DNA of 51,964 nucleotides from Phycisphaerae bacterium. GTDB taxonomy: Bacteria; Planctomycetota; Phycisphaerae; UBA1845. This document shows, piece by piece, positions 41,245 through 50,878 of the stretch. A model generated the notes under the pieces. The model searched no databases. It saw only the letters and a list, made by a program, of their open reading frames with translations, and was not told where the DNA came from. The stretch covers positions 1 to 51,964 of the forward strand of contig DASXUA010000637.1 in NCBI GenBank assembly GCA_036505095.1, given 5' to 3'. The position numbers and the translations under genes are program-made. Numbering within the stretch: position 1 is the first letter of the stretch; each line of letters opens with the position of its first letter.

Positions 41245-43410
41245 ATGTCAACGGGATTTCGTATCGTGCGCTGGTTTGAGCATTGCGCGCCCCGCGCAGG
41301 GATGTCGCTGATCCTGGTCTTCTGCGGTGCGGCAGCACTGAGCGCAGCCGCGCCGCCCGAGCCGACCCCGGCCGAACTGGCCAAGGCCGAGCAGCTTCGC
41401 GAGGACCAGCGGCTCATGATCGAGCTGGCCCGCGACCGGGTGTTTCCGGCGCTGGTGAACATTCATGTCATCACCATGAACTACTGGGGCGGCAAGGAAC
41501 ACAAAGGCCGGGCCGTCGGCAGTGGCACCATCGTCTCCAAAGAGGGCTACGTCGTCACCAACCAGCACGTCACCAACAACGGCAAGAAATTCAAATGCAC
41601 GATGGCCGACAAGCAGGAGATCACTGCCGATCTGGTGGGCGAGGATCCGCTCACGGACCTCGCGGTGCTCAAGCTCAATCTCAGCGAACTGAAGGACCCG
41701 GGCGCGCCGTTGGCGGTGGCCCACTTCGGCAGTTCTGATGAACTCGAGATCGGCGATCACGTGCTGGCCATGGGTTCGCCCTTTGCTCTGTCGCGCTCCG
41801 TCACGCTAGGAATCGTGTCCAACACGGAGCGCGTGTTTGCCGGTGGAATGGCCGGTGACGACCCGGAGGAGATGCAGCTCGAGCAGGGGCAGCGCACCGG
41901 GCTGTTCACGCGTTGGATTCAGCACGACGCGCTGATTAACCCCGGCAACAGCGGCGGTCCGCTGGTGAATCTCAAGGGCGAGATCATCGGCATCAACGAA
42001 CTGGGCGGTTCGGCCATGGGGTTTGCCATTCCCAGCAACTTGGCTCAAACGGTCGTGGCCGCGCTCATCGATCACAAGGAAGTGCCGCGCAGCTCGATTG
42101 GCATTTCGCTCAAGCCGATCGAGAAAACCGGCCTTAAGAACGGCGTGCTGGTCAATTCGGTCGACAGCGACGGCCCGGCCGCCAAAGCCGGCATGCAGGC
42201 GGGCGATGTCATTCTCAAGCTGGGCGGGGACGCGCTGACCGTACGATTTCCGGAAGAAGTGCCGCCGCTCCTCAAGCGAATCGCCGACTTCCCCATCGGC
42301 GCGTCGGTGCCGCTGACGCTCGATCGCAACGGGCAGCTTATCGACACGCAGATCACCACCGAGAAGCTTCAGAAGGACCGCGGCGAAGAGAGCGCGTTCC
42401 GCGGCTGGGGCCTCACCGCGCTGCAGATCACCGATCGAATCATGCGCGAGCACCGCCTCACCAGCACCGCAGGTGCGCTGGTGAGCGGCGTGCGACCGGG
42501 CGGCGGCGCCCAGTTGGCCGAGCCGCCGCTGGCCGATGGCGACGTCATCAAGTCCATTGACGGACAACCCATCAAGGATTTGGCCGCGTTCATCAAGTGC
42601 TACGACGAGATCATGGAGCGCAAGCCGCTCCCGAAGTATCTGCTGATCGGCTTCGAGCGCTCTGGCAAGGACCAGGTCACGCTGCTCAAGCCCAAGCCCG
42701 ACGAGGACGAAGATCCACCGCGCGAGGTGTCGAAGGCCTGGATCGGTATTGCGACGCAGCCGGTGCTCAAGGACCTCGCCGAAAAGCTCGGCGCGCCCGA
42801 CACGCTGGGCTTTCGCATCACGCGCGTCTACCCCGGCACGCGCGCCTCCGAGAGCGGGCTGCGCGTGGGCGATATCGTTTTCGCCGTCAACGGTGACAAG
42901 ACCGCGCCGAAGGGCATGCAGGACGCGGGATTGTTGACCCGCAAGGTGCAGAAGCTGGACATCGACTCACCGGTCACCTTGAGCATTCTCCGCGACGGCC
43001 AGAAACAGGAGATTTCCGTCAGCCTGGAGCGCAGCCGCCTGCGTCCCGAAGAAGCCCGCCGCGACCGCAATCGCGATTTCGAGTTGACGGTGCGCGAGAT
43101 CACCTTCTTCGATCGCGACGACAATCGCTGGGATGATGACGTGCAAGGCGTGCTGGTCGATCAGCTCGAGCCGGCGGGCTGGGCCGGACTCGGCGGGCTG
43201 CGCGTCGGCGACCTGATCCAGAAGGTGCAGGGCGAAGCCATCACCGACCTCGACTCGTATCGCGAGGTAATGAAACGTCTGACCGAAAGCCAGCCCGAGC
43301 GCGTCGTGGTCGTGGTCCTACGCGGGGCACGCACGCACTTCCAATACATCGAGCCTGAGTGGAAACCGGTGGTGGATGAGAGCAAGGTGAAGGAAGGATC
43401 AAAGGAGTAG
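41245..43410 (+). CDS. HtrA/DegP-family serine protease with multiple PDZ domains
   Basis: ORF 40972..43410 trimmed to ATG 41245 (MSTGF.., signal-like LILVFCGAAALSAAA). Catalytic triad contexts TNQHV, DLAVLKL and GNSGGPL. Several PDZ-like segments follow. Confidence 0.85.
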   Translation: MSTGFRIVRWFEHCAPRAGMSLILVFCGAAALSAAAPPEPTPAELAKAEQLREDQRLMIELARDRVFPALVNIHVITMNYWGGKEHKGRAVGSGTIVSKEGYVVTNQHVTNNGKKFKCTMADKQEITADLVGEDPLTDLAVLKLNLSELKDPGAPLAVAHFGSSDELEIGDHVLAMGSPFALSRSVTLGIVSNTERVFAGGMAGDDPEEMQLEQGQRTGLFTRWIQHDALINPGNSGGPLVNLKGEIIGINELGGSAMGFAIPSNLAQTVVAALIDHKEVPRSSIGISLKPIEKTGLKNGVLVNSVDSDGPAAKAGMQAGDVILKLGGDALTVRFPEEVPPLLKRIADFPIGASVPLTLDRNGQLIDTQITTEKLQKDRGEESAFRGWGLTALQITDRIMREHRLTSTAGALVSGVRPGGGAQLAEPPLADGDVIKSIDGQPIKDLAAFIKCYDEIMERKPLPKYLLIGFERSGKDQVTLLKPKPDEDEDPPREVSKAWIGIATQPVLKDLAEKLGAPDTLGFRITRVYPGTRASESGLRVGDIVFAVNGDKTAPKGMQDAGLLTRKVQKLDIDSPVTLSILRDGQKQEISVSLERSRLRPEEARRDRNRDFELTVREITFFDRDDNRWDDDVQGVLVDQLEPAGWAGLGGLRVGDLIQKVQGEAITDLDSYREVMKRLTESQPERVVVVVLRGARTHFQYIEPEWKPVVDESKVKEGSKE

Positions 43411-43414
43411 TTTC

Positions 43415-44317
43415 ATGTGTACGCAAAACGACTGTAGCGTCGTCCCTTGTGGGCGGCGCCGCCCACGAGGGGCGACGGTACAGATTCTCCTGTTGGCGAT
43501 CTTGTCGGTGGTGGCGCGCTCCCGGATCGGCGTCGCGGCCGAAGGCGGCGACGTGGCCAGCGATTACGAGCAACTCGCGACGGCCAAAGCCGACGCCTTG
43601 GTCACCGTCAAGTTTGTCCTCAAGCTCAAGATGGGCGGCATGATGGGCGGCGACCAGGAGAGCAACACCGAGATCACCGGCATCATGATCGAACCCAAAG
43701 GTCTGGTGCTGTGCTCAAACACCCAACTCGGTGGCATCCCGCCGATGTTCCGCAGGATCGCCAGCCGCATGGGCGGGGACGCGAGCGCGACCCCGACCGA
43801 CATCAAGGTATTGGTCGGGGACGACTCGGAGGGCGTCGAAGCCAAGCTGCTGGCCCGCGACACTGATCTGGACCTCGCCTGGATTCAGATCAAGGACCCG
43901 AAGACATACAAGCATGTGGACATCACGCCCAAGACCTCCAAGCCGAAAGTGGGCCAGCGGGTCCTTTATCTGACCCGCATGGGAAAGTTCTTCGACCGGG
44001 TGGTCACGATCGACGAGGGACGCATCGGCGGGTTGACGAGCAAGCCGCGCGAGCTGTACGTCGGCGGAGACTCCGGTTCCGGTGTGCCGGTCTTCATGCC
44101 GAACGGCGATTTCCTGGGCGTCACGATCACGCAGACGCCCGACGAGGAAGATTCTGACGAAGGTCCGATGGCCATGTTCGGAGCGTTGACCGGGCGCGGC
44201 CCCGGTTTGATCCTGCCGGCTTCGGAAATCGCCAAGGCCACCGAGCGCGCCAAGGCCAATCCGTCCGGGGCCGAGGAAGCGGGCGATGCGAAGGCCAAGA
44301 AGGGCACCGCCAAGTAG
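43415..44317 (+). CDS. secreted trypsin-fold protein, possibly catalytically degenerate
   Basis: AAGGAG lies 7 nt upstream of ATG 43415. DLDLAWIQI and GDSGSGVPVF resemble the Asp and Ser contexts of S1C proteases. Where DegP has TNQHV this protein reads SNTQL. The N-terminal codons overlap a REP-like palindrome. Confidence 0.65.
   Translation: MCTQNDCSVVPCGRRRPRGATVQILLLAILSVVARSRIGVAAEGGDVASDYEQLATAKADALVTVKFVLKLKMGGMMGGDQESNTEITGIMIEPKGLVLCSNTQLGGIPPMFRRIASRMGGDASATPTDIKVLVGDDSEGVEAKLLARDTDLDLAWIQIKDPKTYKHVDITPKTSKPKVGQRVLYLTRMGKFFDRVVTIDEGRIGGLTSKPRELYVGGDSGSGVPVFMPNGDFLGVTITQTPDEEDSDEGPMAMFGALTGRGPGLILPASEIAKATERAKANPSGAEEAGDAKAKKGTAK
43436..43483. repeat. REP-like palindrome (compact variant)
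   Basis: gtagcgtcgtcccttgtgggcggcg|ccgcccacgaggggcgacggtac. 22 of 25 positions are complementary. It shares arms with 3438..3499 and 46315..46375. Confidence 0.6.
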
Positions 44318-44320
44318 CGT

Positions 44321-44348
44321 TTGCTTCCGCGCGGCGCCGCGGTATATT
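44321..44348 (+). promoter_or_regulatory. candidate sigma-70-type promoter upstream of rpsA
   Basis: TTGCTT (44321-44326), a 16-nt spacer, then TATATT (44343-44348). This would give a ~200-nt leader. Pattern match only. Confidence 0.3.
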
Positions 44349-44545
44349 ATGGGCGAACCTTACGCCCTGTTGATCGTGGTATGGACCGGTCCGTACCGGG
44401 GGCGTGGGTTCGTTGTCCCTTTTTGACGTACGTTCGTTCCCGCCGGTCGTTCCCACCGTGATGAAGGGCATGGGCTGTCCGCCCGTGGGCCACACGGGCT
44501 TGGAGCCCGCGCCACGACGGCTCGTCAGTCAGGTAAGCAGGCACT

Positions 44546-46314
<1,769 letters not shown>

Positions 46315-46318
<4 letters not shown>

Positions 46319-46375
46319 CGTCGGGGCTTGTCCCCGGCGCCAGCGCGCCGCGCCGCCCACAAGGGGCGACGCTAC
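46315..46375. repeat. REP-like palindromic element overlapping the rpsA stop (possible terminator)
   Basis: gtagcgtcggggcttgtccccggcgcc...cgccgcccacaaggggcgacgctac. The outer 9-bp arms are perfectly complementary. It overlaps the TAG of rpsA. Confidence 0.6.
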
Positions 46376-46592
46376 AGCCGAAAAAGGGGTTAACACCATC
46401 GCCAGCGATTCCGGACTCCAAGTCTATTTCAAGCAGATCAACCGCGCGCCACTGCTGACTGCGGAAGACGAGCAGCACCTGGCCGGCGTCATCCGCCGCG
46501 CGCAGGAGCGGGCGCGCGAGTTTGAGGAGGGCCGCTGCACGCTCGCCGAGCGCGAATCGGCTGACGAGGCCGCCGTCTATGCCCGCGAGAAG

Positions 46593-47285
46593 ATGGTCAG
46601 CTCCAACCTGCGCCTGGTGGTCAACATCGCCAAGAAGTACTCGAAGCGCGGCCTGCCGCTGCCCGACCTGATCGAAGAAGGCAACCTCGGCCTGCTGCGC
46701 GCCGTTGAGGGTTTCGATCCCAATCAGGGCACGCGCTTCAGCACCTACGCTTCGTGGTGGATCAAACAGGCGATTAAACGCGCCCTGATCAACAGCGTGC
46801 AGCCGGTACACATTCCGGCGTACATGGTGGAGATGATCGCCCGCTTCCGCCACGCGCGCGACCGCTTCGTCGAGCACGAGGGCCGACAGCCGTCGATCCC
46901 CGAGTTGGCCGCCTATATGGAATTGCCCGAGCGCAAGGTGCGCATCATCCGCCGCGCCGTGAAGGCTTTCACCGCGCCCACGCAGAGTTCCGACTCCGAG
47001 GGCGGCGTGGGCCTGACTGAGCTATTGGCCGACGAACGCACGCCAGCGCCTTCCGACGCCATGTTCTCCGAAAGCGAGGCCGAGCTGATTCAGAAGTTCC
47101 TCGGCATCATCGACGAGCGCGAGGCCACCATCCTCCGCCTGCGTTTCGGCCTGGACGACGAGGAGCCGCTCTCCCTCAAAGAAATCGGCCAGAAGATCAA
47201 CCCGCCCCTGACGCGCGAGCGCGTGCGCCAGCTCGAAAAAGGCGCCCTTCGCAAGCTCAACGAGTTCCTCGCCGCCCGCACATAG
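46593..47285 (+). CDS. sigma-70 family RNA polymerase sigma factor (coordinates from first ATG; true start probably upstream)
   Basis: Regions 2-4 are clear (NLRLVVNIAKKY, EGNLGLLRAVEGFD, FSTYASWWIKQAI, LREIGQ..LTRERVRQLE). The same frame upstream encodes a region-1.2-like VYFKQINRAPLLTAEDEQHLAG with no ATG/GTG/TTG (see finding). Confidence 0.85.
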   Translation: MVSSNLRLVVNIAKKYSKRGLPLPDLIEEGNLGLLRAVEGFDPNQGTRFSTYASWWIKQAIKRALINSVQPVHIPAYMVEMIARFRHARDRFVEHEGRQPSIPELAAYMELPERKVRIIRRAVKAFTAPTQSSDSEGGVGLTELLADERTPAPSDAMFSESEAELIQKFLGIIDEREATILRLRFGLDDEEPLSLKEIGQKINPPLTRERVRQLEKGALRKLNEFLAART

Positions 47286-47336
47286 CTGACACCTCTCTCC
47301 CTACAAGTGAAAGGGCCCGGGGTGCGGATGACGAAC

Positions 47337-47373
47337 TCCCTCTCCCTTCAAGGGGGAGGGTCGGGGTGAGGGT
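47337..47373. repeat. GC-rich hairpin repeat of the ctccctctccc..gggggaggg tcggggtgaggg type (likely terminator after sigma gene)
   Basis: tccctctccc ttcaa gggggaggg followed by tcggggtgagggt. A degenerate second copy lies at 47291-47320. Confidence 0.45.
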
Positions 47374-47393
47374 CTCTCAGCGCGCCGCGCCCG

Positions 47394-47430
47394 CCACGTT
47401 TAGCCGCACCCGCGCAGCGGTGCGCTGCGG
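47394..47430. repeat. short hairpin repeat, copy 1
   Basis: ccacgtttagccgcacccgcgcagcggtgcgctgcgg. Matches 47850..47886 at roughly 80 percent by eye. Confidence 0.45.
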
Positions 47431-47849
47431 TCTGCGTGGGTCACGCGCTCACCGTTGCACTCCAACACGCCCGTGCGGCTCGACAGCATACGCACAACCG
47501 CCGAAGATCCGCCCATGCCGAACGGCCTGCCCCGGCTCAACTCATCGCGCCGTGCTGGCTGCCTACGCCGCCACCGATCCGAGCGGCGACTGGTCCGAAG
47601 CCTGGTCCGAAGTCTGGACCGAAACCGGCGCCGGTCGACCGCTCCCGCCCGGACACCCGCTCGCAACCCGCAGCGCCGAGATCGAACGGCGTGTGCTCGG
47701 AAACCTGCTTCGGCTAAACCTCGCCCGGGCCCACCCCATAATTCGAAAAAGCTGACGCAGTTCGGGTGCGGATGTGTCCGGCCATGGCCGCCCGATTCCT
47801 GAACACACGGCGCAACGGGCGTGCCCAGATTCTCGGGCACGTCAAAGTT

Positions 47850-47886
47850 CCACGTTTAGCCGCAACCCCGAAGGGGTGCGCTGGGG
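47850..47886. repeat. short hairpin repeat, copy 2
   Basis: ccacgtttagccgcaaccccgaaggggtgcgctgggg. Confidence 0.45.
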
Positions 47887-48138
47887 CTGACAGGGTGATT
47901 CCGCACGTACATCCGACGCTCCTGATCAGCGCGCCCCTATGGGGCGGCCTGCGGCTGAACGTGGCCGGCAGCGCCGCTATGCGAGCCCAGCACGCCATTC
48001 GCCCAGAAGAATAGGCGCACCCGGCGCAACTCTCGCTGCCCGGGAATGCGCCCGGTGTGAAGCAGGGCGGCAGGCGCTGGCGTTTCTCCGTGCGGCGCGT
48101 TCGTGTTAGAATACGGGCAGCGACGCGAGGTCGCCGAC

Positions 48139-48612
48139 ATGATCAAGAACATTCGAATCCGGAACTTCCGAGATGATCACAGCAACCAAAAGGTGCCGTT
48201 TTGCGCTGCGCAAGCCGCGCGACAACTTGCCGTCCGGGCGCAGCACGCCGGCGCCGGGAACGTCTTCTCAGTTGCCTGTGTATTCGCGTGTCGCGAATAC
48301 GAATCGTGGCTGCTTGCCGGTCTGGAATCGCTCCGCGGCAAACCCCTACCCGGCGGCCGGGCGGGCGTACGCGCCGACGCACCACCGCCCTCGCAGGACA
48401 CCGACCAGTTTCCGCGAGGCGCCAAAGGATGGCTTAGCAAGTACACGGAGCGCGGCTACAAGGCGGCGACAGATCAAAGGCCGCTCACCGAAATGGTATC
48501 TCTCGAAGCCATCCGCAAAAGAAATCCCCGCTCATTTCGACGCTTCGAGCATGCACTCGCTGAGATCTGCGAAGCGTTTCGATCAGGTAAGCACTTCGTC
48601 AGCCCGTCGTGA
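48139..48612 (+). CDS. DUF4276-like protein, probably a deletion remnant fused to the first codons of an ATPase gene
   Basis: Starts MIKNIRIRNFR, the typical N-terminus of RecF/OLD/ABC-like ATPases. It then runs directly into a DUF4276-like C-terminal part (CREYESWLLAGLESLRGK..GAKGWLSKY..RSFRRFEHAL). Confidence 0.5.
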   Translation: MIKNIRIRNFRDDHSNQKVPFCAAQAARQLAVRAQHAGAGNVFSVACVFACREYESWLLAGLESLRGKPLPGGRAGVRADAPPPSQDTDQFPRGAKGWLSKYTERGYKAATDQRPLTEMVSLEAIRKRNPRSFRRFEHALAEICEAFRSGKHFVSPS

Positions 48613-48939
48613 ACGACCCTCTTGAACGCCGCAGCGCGCAAAGGAAGCGGCTGGAAAATCAGGACCTTCCGAGCGATGCCCCCTAAGGACATCGAATCCT
48701 CTGGGCGCTCACAAATGCCTTTTCATAGAGTTCGTTGAATGCCCGAAGCCCAGTTTGTGGCGGCGTTTGTCGCGGACCAAACCCTATATCGATGGAATAT
48801 CTCGGGCAAAGCGCCTTGCCACTAACCATGCCGGCTTATCGCGGCGACCGCCACAGCGACAACTGACCAGCCGCGCGCGCTTACCTCGCGCCCAAAAGCG
48901 CGCGCCGCGCATGTAGCAAGGGTGAAAGGGGGGTGACGT

Positions 48940-49141
48940 ATGTCCACCACAAGTGTTTGTGCCGCCAGGGTCAAAGCCAACCGTCGCAACGCTCAGAAGC
49001 CCACCGGCCCGCGCACGCCCGAGGGCAAGACCCGCTCGCCGCCGCAACGCCCCCAAACATGGTCTGCTCGCACGCACCAAGAAATCGTCGTGTGAGCAGG
49101 CCATACCGGGGAGTCCGGGCATGTCATTACACACGTATTGA
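48940..49141 (+). pseudogene. frameshifted and truncated member of the ANRRNAQ-STGPRT-GK-NA-KHGL small-protein family
   Basis: Good RBS (gaaagggggg). MSTTSVCAARVKANRRNAQKPTGPRTPEGKTRS in one frame, then RRNAPKHGLLAR in another. Confidence 0.4.
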
Positions 49142-49172
49142 CATTCGCCAAAGCAGGCGCTAGGCTTGGGGC

Positions 49173-49670
49173 GTGGCTGGCGTTCGCAAGAGCTCGTATC
49201 TGCAAATCCGCGTGACGCCGCGGCAAAAGGCGGCGCTGCGCCGACTCGCGCGCGATGCCCGCAAGGACGTCTCGCGGTTCGTGCTGGACCGTGTGCTGCC
49301 GGACACGGGTCTGCGGCTGCAGTCGCTGCTGGACGGCCTGGCGAAGACGTCACAGCCGCAGCCGGTCCTGGCCGAACTGGGCGATGTACTGATGGAGCTG
49401 CCCGCGACCGAGTTCACCGCGGCGGTGCGAGCGCTGGACGTGCGAAGTCTCAGCGAATTCCACCAAGCGCTCATCGCGGCCATGGTCGAAGATGCGGCGC
49501 ACCGCAAGCGCGTCGCCCCGCCCGTGTGGACCAGCCGGATCGGGCCGCTTCCCGAGCCCTACTTCGCATCGGAGTTGCCGTCGGTGCGACTGCACTTGCT
49601 CAGCCGATCGCCACCGCCCTATCGCCGGCGCAATATCTTTTTGGATGCGAGCCTGGCCGACCGCGTGTGA
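49173..49670 (+). CDS. RHH/DUF1778-like N-terminal domain protein (putative antitoxin/regulator)
   Basis: GTG start. SYLQIRVTPRQKAALRRLARDARKDVSRFVLDRV resembles ribbon-helix-helix antitoxins. The stop lies 2 nt before the next ATG. Confidence 0.55.
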   Translation: MAGVRKSSYLQIRVTPRQKAALRRLARDARKDVSRFVLDRVLPDTGLRLQSLLDGLAKTSQPQPVLAELGDVLMELPATEFTAAVRALDVRSLSEFHQALIAAMVEDAAHRKRVAPPVWTSRIGPLPEPYFASELPSVRLHLLSRSPPPYRRRNIFLDASLADRV

Positions 49671-49672
49671 CC

Positions 49673-50200
49673 ATGTCAGAACTCTCGCGTGCGGACATCG
49701 TGCGGCTCTTGGAAGCGCTGGAGCGCAAGCTGGCCGAGCAGAGTGTCACCGGCGAACTGTACCTGGTCGGCGGGGCCGTCATGTGTCTGGTGTTTCAGGA
49801 GCGGCCATCCACGAAAGATGTGGACGGGTACTTCGCCCCGAAGGAAACCGTTCGCGCGGCCGCGCGCGCCGTCGGGGTGGAATTGGGCTTCGGCGAAAAC
49901 TGGCTGAACGACGCCGTCAAAGGCTTCTTAAGTGAGCGCGGGACATACACACCCTTTTTCGATCTGCCCCATCTGAAGGTCTTCACGGCTGACCCAGCGT
50001 ACCTTCTGGCGATGAAATGCCTGTCACTGCGTTTGGGCCCGCTATTCCGGGATGAGGAGGACGTGCGTTTTCTGCTCAGATATTTGAACATCGAGACGCT
50101 GGAGGAAGCTCTCGCGATTCTGGGAAAGTACTACCCACTGGAGCGCTACCCGCCCAAGACGCGGTACATTCTGACGGACTTGCTCGGTTCAACGTCCTGA
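49673..50200 (+). CDS. nucleotidyltransferase-fold protein (AbiEii/DUF6036-like)
   Basis: ORF 49166..50200 trimmed to ATG 49673. ELYLVGGAVMCLVFQERPSTKDVDGYF is the GG...(S/T)xDxD minimal NTase signature. Confidence 0.65.
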   Translation: MSELSRADIVRLLEALERKLAEQSVTGELYLVGGAVMCLVFQERPSTKDVDGYFAPKETVRAAARAVGVELGFGENWLNDAVKGFLSERGTYTPFFDLPHLKVFTADPAYLLAMKCLSLRLGPLFRDEEDVRFLLRYLNIETLEEALAILGKYYPLERYPPKTRYILTDLLGSTS

Positions 50201-50203
50201 ATT

Positions 50204-50788
50204 TCAGCGCACCGCAGCGCCCGCTCGCGCGCGGCGCTCCAGCTTGGCGAACTCGCCGGACAGCGGGTGATCGGCGGCCGGATCGGCGCGCGCGTAGCCC
50301 TCGCTAATCAACCGCGCGTTGAACGTAGACTCGTCGTTGCGATCCAGGTACACGTACGCCAGCAGCCGGCCGTCGGGAGCGCGGGTCCGCGCGGGGGGCA
50401 GGACCAGATTCACGTTCCGGCCGACGAGCGAACGCTCGACGAATGGAAGCGCGCTCTGCCGTGCCTCGTCCAGAGCCCGAATGCCGACCAGTCGCACGCG
50501 CGTCGACGGCTCGTGTCCGTCGGGTGCGTTGATCTCGATCGTGTCTACATCGACGACGCGCGAGACGCGAAAGTCCCGGTCGTGATGGCGCGCCTCGTCA
50601 TCTTCGTGCCGGCCGCCGCGGACGTGATCGAGAATCACGAGCACGATCGCCAGGCCGATCGTCGACGCGGCCAGCGGATGCCGCCGATGCCAGCGCGGAA
50701 CGTAGACCTTCGATTGACCGACCGATGCAGCGGTCATCTGCACCTGCCAGGTGGGTGGCATGGCTTCACGGCGGATCCGGGTAGCCAT
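50204..50788 (-). CDS. membrane-anchored thermonuclease (SNase-like) protein
   Basis: TM segment LAASTIGLAIVLVIL, then VVDVDTIEI...RVRLVGIRALD...LLAYVYLD...FNARLISEGYAR, typical of staphylococcal-nuclease homologs. The start is uncertain (50860, 50788 or 50737). Confidence 0.65.
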   Translation of the reverse strand: MATRIRREAMPPTWQVQMTAASVGQSKVYVPRWHRRHPLAASTIGLAIVLVILDHVRGGRHEDDEARHHDRDFRVSRVVDVDTIEINAPDGHEPSTRVRLVGIRALDEARQSALPFVERSLVGRNVNLVLPPARTRAPDGRLLAYVYLDRNDESTFNARLISEGYARADPAADHPLSGEFAKLERRARAGAAVR

Positions 50789-50878
50789 ACGCACGCCGCG
50801 AGCATGCTTACCCGCTGCGCGTGAAAGCATGCCACCCTGTGCCTCCCATTTGCAAGGCAAATCATGGTGAGTTCGTAC

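Noticed and set aside
47366-47840. ORFs of 93-146 aa on both strands in the 47.3-48.1 kb gap
   Set aside because: They are mutually overlapping, Arg/Pro/Ala/Ser-rich, without RBS or recognisable motifs. Treated as non-coding with repeats.
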